A DNA stretch of 63,453 nt, filler included, from Rhabdomonas costata (taxonomy: Eukaryota), in the NCBI GenBank assembly GCA_019059605.1. It is 29 parts of 29 records of this genome, joined end to end, with 100 filler letters (N's around TTAATTAATTAA, not from the genome) between each part and the next. Parts side by side here need not be neighbours in the genome. Positions count along the whole stretch, not along the records: positions 24,111 to 26,199 come from JAHMHO010005726.1; positions 26,300 to 28,390 come from JAHMHO010005727.1; positions 28,491 to 30,581 come from JAHMHO010005728.1; positions 30,682 to 32,772 come from JAHMHO010005729.1; positions 32,873 to 34,963 come from JAHMHO010005730.1; positions 35,064 to 37,154 come from JAHMHO010005731.1; positions 37,255 to 39,346 come from JAHMHO010005732.1; 22 more parts are not named here. One strand, 5' to 3'. The translations under genes were made by a program, and so were the position numbers. Shown one piece after another: positions 24,173 through 38,433 of the stretch (position 1 is the stretch's first letter; each line of letters begins with the position of its first letter). The notes below the pieces were generated by a model. The model searched no databases. It saw only the letters and a list, made by a program, of their open reading frames with translations, and was not told the origin of the DNA.

Positions 24173-26199
24173 TTCCCGATGGCGGCGCCTGCTACGTGGA
24201 CTCCTACCCTCCGGGAGTCAGCCCGGGGCTATGCACGGGATCGGGGCCCTTCTACCCCGCCGTGTGCGGGCAGGACGGCTTCGTATGCGCCCCGAACTTT
24301 CACGGCACCCCAGTGACGTCGTGCCGGAGGCAGGGGGCCCAGATGCAGTTCGCTGGGTGCTACGGTAACCTGAGCTCTCTCTCTCTCTCTGCCTCTCTTT
24401 CGGGCAGTTTAGCTGTGGGGTTCGATTTTTGGTGGGTGGTGGGAGTGGCCGTCGGGTCACAACCAAAATCCAAGGCAGTGCACCTCTGACTGGTCAGCAG
24501 TCTGTCCAGAACGAAGAAATGGGCGCCACAGCTGCATGAAAGAAGAGGCCAAAGTGTTTTGCGGCAGGATGCAAACAAGTGCGGTCCAGCGGCCAGGGGC
24601 TGACTTGAGGTCTGGTTTCCGAGCAACTCGTGCTCCGTCTGCGCCGAGGCAGCACTTTGCGTCCATCTCGGATGACGGATGGGCCCGATTTCATGATATA
24701 TTGGCGGGTGGAATCGCAGAGTGATAAGTAACACAGCTCGAACAGGCTGACAACCTATTTTGGAGGCGCTGGTTTGTTTGGGGCCCTTCAGAGTCCGTAT
24801 GTGGAAACAATGATGAAGCAAGCATTGAAAGAAGTATTGTTTGGGCACACCCCACCCATCTGCGCATTCGTTTCCGCAAACAGAGAACAGGTGCACGTTT
24901 CCGGATGACTCCACGATTTTCGTGCGGGGCCCGGGCTGCTCGGGGCTGCGTACCGCGGCCGCATGCACCACGGTGGCCTGCGCGGTGGGTTACTACGGTT
25001 CCGTCTCCAAAAGCTGCCTCACTGATGGAGGGCTGTTCAACCTTTCCGGCTGCAATCGTATGCGTGTGTGTGTGTGTGTTGGGGATGGAATTGGACAGCC
25101 GACCACACAGCTTGAGGATTAGCTTTGGCTCTAGGTCACCTTGCTCAGGCTTCTCTTGCAACATCTCTTGCGGGAAGGTGCAGCGGGATGGAAGTTCGCC
25201 CACGTCATCTCCAAGAAAGGCACATATCATTTTTGCGTGTTTCGGGTGCTGGGACCCGATGACTCCGATTTCGCCATTGGTTTGCATTACTTCCGAGCCC
25301 TCTGTGTCTTTTGAAACGGTAAACAGTTAGCCGTTATTGGCATATCCCCATCGGCTCACTCCTCACACTCACACTCACACACTCACTTTTCCGCCAGCCA
25401 AGCAGTGCACATTCCTCCCACCAATCGCCGCGCCGTACTCCGTGCCTGAGGGAGGCAGCTGCGTCTCCCAGTCCGGCACTGCGGCGGACTGCGCGGCCCT
25501 CGCCAATTGCAGCGCGGGGTACCGCGGCACCGTCAGCCTGCTCTGCCCGGCCGACCAGGGGGGTTTCCGATTCTCGGGATGCATTGGTGCGTGTGCGTGC
25601 GTGTGTTTGAGTGCGTGAGTGTGTGTGCATCCTCGGGTTCAGCTGATGTTGCTGTGTTTGAGTTTGTTTTTCATGCCTGCGTGCACTGTGCAGAAACCAT
25701 TATGAGACCTTTCGCGTGATCACAGTCCCAACCCCAGCCATTGTGCTTTCGAAAAACTGTGAAACATTTACCCGGTGTCCCAGTTTACAGTATACAGTTT
25801 TTTCTTGGGTTGTGAGTTTGGTCTCAACAGATGGCTGTTACGCTCCCATTATATTAAGGAGCCAGTTCAGCTTTGTAACAGAACAGTGGGTGAAAAATTG
25901 AGGTGGAGTTTCGGAGATTTGCGCAGAAGAGGGAGAATCATCTTGTCTTAGGGAAGCAAGGCTCATGCCGGATGTACGATTTTATTCTGCCCATTTTTTC
26001 GGGATTCACCTCGGATCTCTTCATTCTAACTGGGTGACGCTGTCCCTCCTTCCCTCCCTCCGCTTTTTCAACGTGATCATCGTCTTGTGCCCCGTCTTTC
26101 AGAGAACGTGTGCGTGTTGCCCTCCCCGCTGCCTGTGGGGTACGTGGGGCGATGCCCTGCCGTGGGCCCTGTGATGGCCTCATGGTGCCAGAAGCAGCG
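24173..26199 (+). CDS. Cys-rich repeat protein (likely extracellular), one repeat per exon
   Basis: Phase-1 exons 24173-24364, 24884-25057, 25398-25586, 26103-end; each complete exon ends C...(F/Y).G.....C...G....(F/L).GC. Confidence 0.8.
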
Positions 26200-26432
26200 N
26201 NNNNNNNNNNNNNNNNNNNNNNNNNNNNNNNNNNNNNNNNNNNTTAATTAATTAANNNNNNNNNNNNNNNNNNNNNNNNNNNNNNNNNNNNNNNNNNNNT
26301 GTTGTTGTTGGCACCCGCACAGAGGGCGAGTCATCTATGCTTGGGAAGAGAGGGGGCAATAGATATTCACCGCCGTTACGCGCCTGACAACGTTACAAGT
26401 CTGTGCTACAATGCCCTACATTCGCTTCGGCG

Positions 26433-26472
26433 GTCGAACACCGTCGAACACCGTCGAACACCGTCGAACACC
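26433..26472. repeat. (GTCGAACACC)x4 tandem repeat
   Basis: Four perfect 10-bp copies, no spacers. Confidence 0.95.
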
Positions 26473-26743
26473 CGTTAGACAGGCGTCCCTCCCCAAAAGG
26501 TGCACCCCGAGGGGCAGGTCTGCGGCCTTCATACATTTCTCTTAATGGGAAAAAGCCAGAGAGAGGCCACGATCCTCTCTCTCCGTTCTGGCATACGCGG
26601 CTGCAAGACAAGCGCGGGCCCAATAACAAAACAGGCACTGGGCAAGACTTTTCATGGGTACAGATTTGCTAACACCTCTGTGGGAATGAGAGTGCGAGAG
26701 TGAAGCATGAGGAAAATAAGGCGGGGCCGTGAGGCCTGAAGAC

Positions 26744-28283
26744 CTTGAACTCTTCTTTTGCGAGGAGGTCATTAATCTCCTTGAACAGCAGCTTCATGTC
26801 GCTGCAGAACTCGATCAGCCCTGTACATGAAGAGTGAAACACATCCGCACTTACATCTAAGCGACAGACAACACAGGACGCACCACAATATATCACGGAG
26901 GGTGGGGGGGTGAACATGCGATTTGTGAAGAAAGCGTGCGGGAAGGTTTTCGCCGAGAGCCGAGAAGCCGAAATGCAGACTCAGGCTCAGTGCAGGGTCA
27001 GTGGGATGCAAGGGTTGGTGTCCACGCACGCAAGCCACACAGCGATACCGTCCGGGATGCAGATAACGCCGTAGTTCTTGTCATCCTTGCTTCTCTGGAG
27101 GACAATGGCGACGACCTGAGAGTAAGGCAGGTACAGGCAGGTTCCAAAGCCCCTCTGGCCGTCATCAACCACAGCTTTCACAATTCTCTGTCCCCGCCCT
27201 CCTCCCTCGATATGAGTGCCTGTAGGAGCATGTGGTGAACTTTTTGTGACCACTTACGTTTCTGAAGAACACGTAAAAGCCCAGCGTAACCGCAATGCAT
27301 ACTACAATACATACTGCTGGCTAAGAGACGCGATCATAAATCATGGTTGAAAATGTGCTTCGAGCAGTCCGAGAGGTCTTCTTTGTACACGAGCGGTGCT
27401 CGTGGGTTTGTCAGTTTGGCTTCTTTCCTTTTCTCTGGTGCACTGGTACAATCGGGTAAAAATCGCCCAAAGAAGCCCCCATGAAAGTTTCGTTGCCCTT
27501 CAGGGAAGCTGGTGAGGGGGAAGGTAAGTGGGGGGTGGGATGAATGGTCAAACGAGGAGAGGAGGAGGAGACCTCGTCGACGATGTTGCGGAGGGATAGG
27601 TGCCTCCCCTCGACCTCCTCGGATACCACACAGTAGTTGACATGGGTTCGCAGGGCGCACTCCAGGCAGATGTGGGAGGCACTCCTGCGGCACCACACCG
27701 AGGGAAAACGGCTAGGCTGTGCTTGGAAGAGGGGGGTTCAGGTATTGGGCCTTCAAGAGGGTCTGCTGAATCTACAACCTAGAATCTAATGTAAGTACAA
27801 TGCTTTATTTGTATCACCCCACAGAGCTGCTCAGCGAGCGAGCGAGCAAGTCATCAGTAAGAGCGATGTCACAGCTCCCATCACAACTTGGTGCCACTTT
27901 ATAGCTAGCCCCCGCTGTGTCCTGTTGGAGTGCTATCCTATGCGTGCCATGGCGCCTATTTACTGGTTCACAGGCGCAGGGACAGTCGACAAGTTAAAGG
28001 CTGAAAGGTTGAGAGGGGGGCATCATTCGTGAAGCGCTTCAGTGGCAATGGTGCCAACGCATCCGCGCGGGTAGCACGTTTGTCCCTTTGGTTAATAGCA
28101 CATTACGGAATTGGATCACCGCAAAAAAGTTCAATGCAAAAAAAAACCGCAGCAAACGCCGCACCTGCCCAGAAGTCGGACAAAGTGATACGTAGTCTTG
28201 GTGCACATCGCCTCCATCGTGATGTTCGACAGCAGCTGCGCGTACACCTTCGTGCAGGTATCAAACCCGAAGGACATCTCCAC
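26744..28283 (-). CDS. PFP: Pyrophosphate-dependent phosphofructokinase (long, plant-like type), internal exons
   Basis: Exons 28283-28165, 27684-27573, 27115-27049, 26820-26744: SFGFDT...[24 protein letters not shown]....EEV...[15 protein letters not shown]. Confidence 0.92.
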
Positions 28284-28898
28284 CTGTGACAATAGAAAGA
28301 AAAAGAGCGCACAGTGCTTCCGATCGCAGAAGGGGGCAAGGGGCGCGAAGGAAACGTTTGAAGTTCACACTGCCACATGCATACCACACANNNNNNNNNN
28401 NNNNNNNNNNNNNNNNNNNNNNNNNNNNNNNNNNTTAATTAATTAANNNNNNNNNNNNNNNNNNNNNNNNNNNNNNNNNNNNNNNNNNNNTTACAACGTG
28501 TGGTGGTGCAAATTGAGAGGGGTAGCGCAATCATTTTCACTCCGCTCGGCCAGCCCGGACCACGTTGGACCTACCCACCTTCCGCTGAAAAGATGGGTAC
28601 ATACGAGTAAGTAGCTACTAGCTAGTAGTATTCGGCTTTCCTCAAACACTAGATTTCATTTTCTGTATGGGCGAAATGAAATGCATTTTTTAGATTTTGT
28701 TTTACTGACACAAGAAACCCTTTCTTAAAACAATGGTCTGGGTTAGCGTGGTTCAGCCTAACAAGGACGCATTCGAAGTCTGACGGGATTCGCATGTCTG
28801 CCCCAAAGCACTATTAGTATGAGTATTAGCGTGGCAGGTTGTGATGGAAAGTAATAATTCAGACTCACGGGTTGCCTTGTTCCACTGCTGGAAATCAG

Positions 28899-30394
28899 CT
28901 ACAGGACAAGTACGGCGTGGACGAGCGCTTTCGCGTGGTGCGGCTCCTGGACTACTTCATGCACTACGACCACCTGTGTCTGGTTTTTGAGCTGCTGCAT
29001 GTCAACCTTTATGAGCTGCTCCGGTCCAATGGCTACAAGGGCCTCAGCCTGACTGTGATCCGGGTGTTCCTGCGTCAGCTGCTGAACGCTATGAGCCTTC
29101 TGGAGGAGTGCCACATCATCCACTGCGATTTGAAGCCGGAGAACATCCTCCTTTGCGAGTACGCACGCTTTTTTTGTTGGAATAGGAATAGAATGAAAAT
29201 GAGCTCTGCGGCGCCAGTTCTCTGCATTCCCGTGCCTTAGTCTTTGGGCTTGCTTTTGCAGAAGTGCTTACCCCTCTCTCAACATTTGTATGGCTAAGTC
29301 TGCCCACAGAACGAATACAAGATTAGATACCCCAACACCAGCCCACAAAAAGAACAGACAGACAGACAGCGTTTGCGAAACTGAGGCACGCGGTCTTAGG
29401 TGGGCCTGGAAGCACGTGCTCATTATGCAACTGCCGCAGAAGCCTTCCTGGCTGGTGTTCATTCATGTGGCTTTTTGTTTGCAGTCAAAACACAGCAGCC
29501 ATCAAGCTGATCGACTTCGGTTCTGCCTGCCTGGAGAGTCAGACCGTGTACACTTACATCCAGTCGCGGTACTATCGGTCCCCGGAAGTACTTTGTGGAT
29601 ATCCGTATGCCACTGTGAGCTGGCTTTAGCTTTCCTTCCCTTCCACTCGTGAAGGAGAACCAAAGCAAGACAAGACTGGTCAAAGCAGATCGCAATAGTG
29701 CCCATGCCCATTTCATCTAAAAAATCATAATTTAAAAAAGCTACCGGCTGCTCTCAGTTTAATTGGTACTATGTTTCGTGTGAGAGGAGGGGGGCCCTTT
29801 TTTGTGTTGTGCCCTCGTTGACCTTTGCTGACTCACAGTGAACTCGTCGTCCTCTGAAAATCGAACCACCATTGATGAGCTTCGCAACGCATTTTCTAAA
29901 ATTGTTTTATTTTTTGAAGGTCTTTTGAGTCATTTTTTTTCGCTCGCTTCTCAAGCAATTTATTTTATTTATTTAGCTCTCTTCATTGTACGCGCCCCCT
30001 CCTTTGTTGCAGCTGGTCCCTTCACCCTAACCTCAATCCCCCTTCAACACTGCATTACCTATAATCGTTTTTCTTTGTGAAAAGTTTATGAAAAGTTGCC
30101 CTGGTATCGTGACCACAGGAGAATGAGAAGATGAAAATGCCTGGAGCACGAGATGCTGTGCGCGGCTGGAGCTGCGCCATGCCGGGCTGTGTATATCAAC
30201 ACAAACCAGCGCGTACAGGGTTGTATTCGATGACAATGAATATTTTATTTTTTACGGCCTGGTGGACACAGATACAACTCCAAGATTGACATGTGGTCAC
30301 TGGGGTGCATTCTGGCGGAGCTGTTTCTGGGGCTTCCTCTGTTTCCCGGTGGCAGTGACTACAACCAAGTGGCCCGAATCGTGGAGATGTGCGG
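28899..30394 (+). CDS. YAK1: YAK1/DYRK-family dual-specificity kinase, catalytic exons
   Basis: Exons 28899-29158, 29485-29604, 30272-30394: [67 protein letters not shown]. Confidence 0.93.
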
Positions 30395-31087
30395 GTATTG
30401 CGCTGCGCTTGTAGTGCCCGTGCAAGAGCAAGGGGAAACCAGGGAACCTGAACCACGGTAGGGTCCCCACCTCTGTGATAACCAGAGAAAGTCATCGGTA
30501 TGACCGAGTCAGCAAACGCCATCCCCTTTGGTGCTCTTGCTTTCGCTTGCGGCCGCGTTCGTTTGAGTAGAACCCCAACCCNNNNNNNNNNNNNNNNNNN
30601 NNNNNNNNNNNNNNNNNNNNNNNNNTTAATTAATTAANNNNNNNNNNNNNNNNNNNNNNNNNNNNNNNNNNNNNNNNNNNNGTGGGGTGGTGTCACCGGG
30701 GCAATGCAATGATCCCATCTCCCATATTCCGATGTGCCGGGGGGAGCTTCCGGTAAAATGTTGCCACACTCACGATTCGTACTACTGTGTCAGCTAGGAA
30801 AGCGCTTCACGCTCATCATCTCCATCTCAGGCACATGGAGATTCACAAAATCAGGAAAAAAGGCCTATGGGTACATGGATTGAATAGATGTGCAGGTTGA
30901 ATTACGGGAAGAGAATGTAACGCATTCGGGTTTCCCAAACCCGAATGCCTTTGGCGCTTTGAGCCCCGGCTCAATCTCTGTGAAATGCGCTTCCGGAAAC
31001 CCTGCAAGCCCATCATCCTATGCCCAAGCAGCGCCCATGCCAGCGGCCACGCTCGCCAGGAGGCACTCAGAGCATAGGAGAGGTTTC

Positions 31088-32772
31088 TCAGCGAGCCGCA
31101 CGAGGGTCACAGATACAGAAGGTGATCTCCACCTTGGGATCCGCACAGCTCCGAAAGCGTTCATAGCGAGTAACCTTAAAACACCACGCCCCCGAATCCC
31201 TAGCAATGGCCCCACGTCAACTCACGGATCTCAATCGAATGAAAGCCAACATAACTGTGAGATTATGAGTGATCTAATACCAACTCACCAGAAAATGAAA
31301 AGATAATAACACAATATATGACAAAAAAAGGTGTGGCACTTGATGCCACAACAACGGGTTTTCTGATTCATCACAACGAAGCAAAAACAAGTTTAACTAG
31401 CACCCCCCCCCAAAAAAAAATAGCTTTGCACCAGCGCGAGCATGCAGGCCAAAGGAGAACCTACCAGCCGACAGGCACTGGTGAGAATTTATCGCAGTGG
31501 ACACTTATTTGGCGAACTTGTGACCCTCTTATTTTTTGTGCCATATTGCCCAAAAATGCGAATACTTCAGGACTAAATAGAAAAAGATAATCTTCACTGT
31601 GCAGCAAAATGATGATACTCTCTCTTTGTTCGGAAAAAGTAATCACCAGCAACATTGTCGACCGAGATCGTTGGTTCCTCAAAGCACACGAACGCTTTTT
31701 GATTCAAAATCTCTCCCTCGGTTTGAGTTGGAGAAAATGGTGTTGGGTGTGCATTGGTTTGGCCATAGGCCTACTAGCCTCTCTTTTGATTTAGGCAAAT
31801 AAAAGTGTCCAACGCGATACATTTCCATGATCTGATTCCATGATCCTATACACGTTGTCTTCTGCAGTTTACTGGAAGGAAGAGTGGAAAATCGCAGCCA
31901 ACGACGGGGGGTGGGGGGACCTGAATCCCGCTCACCACAGTGAACCGGGGGGTCTGCCCAGGCTGGTGCCCCACCGCCTCAGCCCGAACCGCGAATTCCA
32001 CGTCGGGCCGGCCCCGAGGAGTGAACTGCACGTAGAGGTGGCCTGGGAAAGCAGCGGTGGAAAATCGCTACACGGTGCAGGGCGAAGGGAAAGATTTCGT
32101 CCTCTGAGGCATAAAGTCGGGCCAAGTTGGGAGGACGCCAGTTGGGTGATGAACGGCCCCTCGCTCCCTTACGAGCGAATGGGGGAGGTCAGAACTAACA
32201 CCCTTCCACCAAAGAGCTGCATACGATGCAGCTCTCTGCTGTCGGCAACTCTTGGACCACAATGCACTAGGCGCGATCACATGCTCATACACACGAACGG
32301 ATGCCGAATTGCTATGAAATGGTGTTTCTTTTGAGGGGCACCATTCCAAATGGCCAGGGTGAAGACACACAACCAATACCATCACCTGCCCCACAGGCGG
32401 TGACCACCCAAACCGCTCTGCTCAAAGCTGTTCCAAAGCTCGTGCTCAACTCAAGCCAAAAGTTTCTCACGAAACCCCAGTTAGCTCCATATCCACGTTG
32501 TCGTGCATGACCCTTCCGCCTCTTGGGCGAAGTTCTGACAGTTCGGGAGGAAGCCAAAAATATAAGCCCATATAAGTGAGAGCACAGAGGCAGAGTGCGG
32601 CAGGAGAATAAAAGCGGGACTGTGCGCGGAGAGGGAAGGGGGACGGGGACATGGGTAACCGCTGACAGTGGTTCCCGCCTACCACACTACTCCAGCTGGC
32701 CATTCCCCAACAAACCTGTCAGGGCGCCAGGCAAGACCACCTCGTGAGCCGCGGTGATGTTTCCCAGGGCCA
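31088..32772 (-). CDS. DUF229-like protein, C-terminal exons
   Basis: HLYVQFTP...EFAVRA...RFTVVSGIQ|VTRYERFRSCADPKVEITFCICD...* (intron 31920-31175); the RY...C......FC.C tail recalls DUF229. Confidence 0.4.
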
Positions 32773-34489
32773 NNNNNNNNNNNNNNNNNNNNNNNNNNNN
32801 NNNNNNNNNNNNNNNNTTAATTAATTAANNNNNNNNNNNNNNNNNNNNNNNNNNNNNNNNNNNNNNNNNNNNGGTGTTGTGGAAAACTTGTGCAGGGGCT
32901 TACCAAGATGCTTCCGACCTTGATAGCCCAACCTGAACGTTACGTGTGTATAACAAGTGTGGGCAGTTGAAGACCTTTCCAAAGGATAGTTCACGAAGAA
33001 AGTGGTCGACGACCATAAACTAAACGAATGAAGTGCAAGTATGCGAAGGTTGGATTGTTTACTGGTGACCTCCACTGCGACTATAAACAAAAGTTCGGCC
33101 ACCTGGGACAACTTCTTTCGTGAAAATACTTTTATAACAGATTGCAGACCCGGTGCGAGCTGAGAATCAGTCAAGAGAAACCTGCTACCAAAGAAATGCA
33201 TACAATTTTCCTTTTGCGTGTGGACCAACGGACCGAAACCGCACAAACTTCTTCACAAGTTCCTTTTCGGATTCGGATTCGGTTTCGGACGACCACAAAA
33301 ATTCAGAAGCAGGGAAAACCCTTCTCCAATCATCCTTGAAAAAAAGCCGTCAAAGCACTTTGGCATGCACCAGCTGTTAAAGGCCGAGGGCCGAGCTGAT
33401 TAACACGCCACCACAGAAGTACTCTCCCAACAAAGTGCATTCACAGCAAATCAAGGGGACGCATCCCACTTTTACATGAAGCCGAAAAACCGCATACTCA
33501 GAAACTTACGATGACCATCTGATCAGGAGCAGACCTGATCTAACTTGGGGATTCAACGGAGTTAACGGACGAAAATACACAGAAACACACACGAGACACC
33601 AGACACTCGAGCGAAAAAAAGGACCGCCACTGAGACCACAACAAGAACCACTGCATGGGCCTTGCGATCCCGAAGGGACCGGGTGGGAGCCCAAGCCGGA
33701 CCAGAAATTTGAGGGCGAGCTGAACGCCACACCCCTTGCACATTAAAAAGAGATACAGACACGATCGAAGACAAAAGCCAAGGAAAGAGAGCAGCTATGG
33801 CACCTGCCACGACGGGAATCCCTAAAAAAAAATTTCCCCCAGACCCACTCCATCCTAACCGATAAAGTGGGTGTTCTGAAATGCATCCCGGCAAAGGAGA
33901 GATGCAAAAGGGATATTCAAAAGCCCTCTCTCGTGGATCAAGCAGACACGCGCGAGTCCGACATTGAACGGACAACATAGACCTGAGAAGAAATCCCGCA
34001 CACATAACCCCTCCTTAGGCAGCTTCGATGGAATCAAAACCTTCGAAAGCTGTTACACCTACAATAGCGAGAAAACCTGCAAGGGTTTGCAGCATTTTCC
34101 GCCCAGTCTTCCCTCCATGGTCAAGTCGCAAAATGCTATCATTCCTGAAACACCAATCTGGACACGCGGCTGGGGACACGTAGCCTAGCTCAGCCTCTCT
34201 TCAGGCTATAGGGATGAGGGGGTAGGAAATGGTCCCTTGCCCACGCGTTTCTTTCCTCAACAGACAATGAACAAACGGGAATGTAAGCCTCAAACATGCC
34301 TGCCTCAGACTAAACCGAAGCGCCAAAACTTGAACTTATCCATTAAAACGTGCAAAAATAGTGCTCCAAGAGATCGCCCTCAGCCCCTCAGCCTCGAGGA
34401 CTCGCCTCTTTCTGCTTGTACCCATAGAGTCAGCAAATGCGTGCCCTCAGGGTTGCCCTCAGGGCATGCCCGTGAAGCTTAGTTCTCAC

Positions 34490-34947
34490 CGCTGTTCCTG
34501 CGGATGTCCGTCCGCATCTTCATGTCGTTCTCCTTCCAGGCATGGTTCCACGCAAGATGAATCTGGGGCAAATGGCGAGCACAACCATCCCTGTCACCAC
34601 CAAAGCCCCCAAAAAACAAAGATTCGCAACTCTACTGGGGGGGGGGGAGTAACCTAGCATCGGAAGGAGAAAACCCACCCCTGTAGTGACAAAAAAAGGG
34701 AACACAATGTCAACAGTCCGTCGGAAGTTTCAACGTTGGTTACCACCCCCCTGGGTCAGTCGGTTTGTATTCAGAATTCAACCCTCCCCCTCCCAGTCCG
34801 CTTCAGACAGCAGGCAAGGAAGCAGGAGGCTACGCTCGCATTGCGAACTTTCCAAGCGCCAGTGGACGAGGACAGTGAAAGGCGAAGAAAGCCAATAAAT
34901 CGAACCCTCTTCAGCCGAGCGTTGCTCCGAGCCATCTGCAGCTTGTC
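34490..34947 (-). CDS. Exons of hypothetical protein
   Basis: In-phase exons 34947-34906 and 34562-34490: DKLQMARSNARLKR|IHLAWNHAWKENDMKMRTDIRRNS. Confidence 0.35.
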
Positions 34948-35517
34948 CTGGTGCCCAAAAACANNNNNNNNNNNNNNNNNNNNNNNNNNNNNNNNNNNNN
35001 NNNNNNNTTAATTAATTAANNNNNNNNNNNNNNNNNNNNNNNNNNNNNNNNNNNNNNNNNNNNTTGTTTTGTGCCTACTGATCAATTCATTCAAATCGAT
35101 CATTCAACTGATCATTCAATTCGAGATGCATGACGAACTGGAGGAAGGAAATTTCTTATCTCTATTTTTTTTCAGCGGTGCTGTTTCGGGTCCAGTTTCA
35201 AAATTTCAGAAGGGCTGTGTTTTGAAAATAGAGTTGCAAAACTGGAGGACGTGCCGCCTCTAACATTCGGCATATAGTGTCCAAAGTCGAATGTAAAAAC
35301 AACACCGTAGAGCGAGTACTAGATAAAGGTCTGAATGCCGCAGCCGCAACTTTGGGAAAACGCATGACTTCTTCGACGTAGTAGGCTGTGTGTCTCACAC
35401 CAGGGGGTCTCAACTGCCTGGTTCGAGTGTCTCCAAGGGTCAGATGCATTTCTTCTGGGGGTGGGGGTGTTAAATGGCTTAACGATGTTGAACCGTTCAA
35501 CACCCTCCCCCCAATTA

Positions 35518-37154
<1,637 letters not shown>

Positions 37155-37379
37155 NNNNNNNNNNNNNNNNNNNNNNNNNNNNNNNNNNNNNNNNNNNNTT
37201 AATTAATTAANNNNNNNNNNNNNNNNNNNNNNNNNNNNNNNNNNNNNNNNNNNNCCGCGGTAGCTGCGCAAAAGCTGTTGTGTCGTTTCCACTTCCCTGC
37301 CTTTGGGCATGCGACCAGATGATCCCCATCACGTCCAGAGGCTGACCGCAGAGATCACAGGGTGTACCTTCCGCCGCAG

Positions 37380-38060
37380 CTGGGAGATGTGGAAGTGAGT
37401 TAGCAGCAAGTACTCCCCTTTGTCAAAACGGAACTCCAGGAGAGTATGGAGCCACAACTATGCCTGCCTGACCCGCAAACAGGTTCCCAGAATACAATCT
37501 AGAGTGGACCGAAGGCCTTGCTCAGTCTTGTCTTGTCTTGTCTTGTCAGCGAAAGCGCTGCAGATGGGGGACTACAGCAGGGGCAGAAGATGATCGATCT
37601 TCTGCGTCCTCAAGCAATACCGCAACAAACAAAGTGCGACCTGAGATTCAGGCAACTTTGTCAGTCGCTGCAGTAATGCATGATCTTTAGACCGAACCTC
37701 GCTGAGGAATATCGAGACGGCCGTAGCCAAGCCAAACGGGGTCGCCAGACCGGGCTTAACTGAGCCCCAGTCTGACACAGGAACGGGGGTGTCGCGTGTC
37801 ACTCCTTGCGGCTCCACACTTGTACTTGGTGGGATTAACTTGAAGGCCGAGTTGCTGAATTGGTGTGTAATTCCTCTGGCACGCATTCAGGGAGCTCGGC
37901 TCGCCAACCAACCAAAGCAACCAACCAACCAACCGAGACTCAACAGACTTGGCACTTCCCGGAGGCAGCTGATCGCTCGCTGAATGGCAAGAGCGAAAAA
38001 GCGGTTCCCAACGGATCCCCTTGTTGGGTGCCAGAAAAGACCACAAAAGCTCAGATTGGC
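37380..38060 (-). mobile_element. Decayed CRE/SLACS-like non-LTR retrotransposon RT fragment
   Basis: Frameshifted motifs GTQQGDPLG, FFALAIQ, LGLQVNPTK, LATPFG, RLTKLPESQVALCLLRYC..KIDHLL; the expected YxDD region is occupied by a TTGG microsatellite. Confidence 0.75.
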
Positions 38061-38433
38061 AGAAAAGGGGCTAGGGATGCTCATGCGTAAACTCAAACCA
38101 GGGCAAGGTCAGAAAGTGCCCTTTGTATACTTCGAAGACTTACTCAGTTGAACGCGTTTGTAAAAAGAAAAAGCAGGACATGCCATTCCGAATAGTCATG
38201 CAGGACTCGCTGCACTTTTGTGCTGCTCTGTTCCGCGGCACCACGCACATTAACCCTCGACAGCTTCCAAATGAGTAGAGAATCGCTTTAGTAATCTCAC
38301 CCGAAGGAGGCTTGAAGGAAACCAACTTCTAAGAAGCCTGGCCTGCTTTGGTTTCACCCTCTTCCCCCGACTGAACTTCTGATTTTGCTTTTCGTGCGTA
38401 GTGTAGTGTCCTTTGCAATTTGAAGATACTCTG

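Noticed and set aside
26433-26472. CRISPR-like repeat
   Set aside because: 10-bp head-to-tail copies with no spacers and no cas genes, in eukaryotic intronic context.
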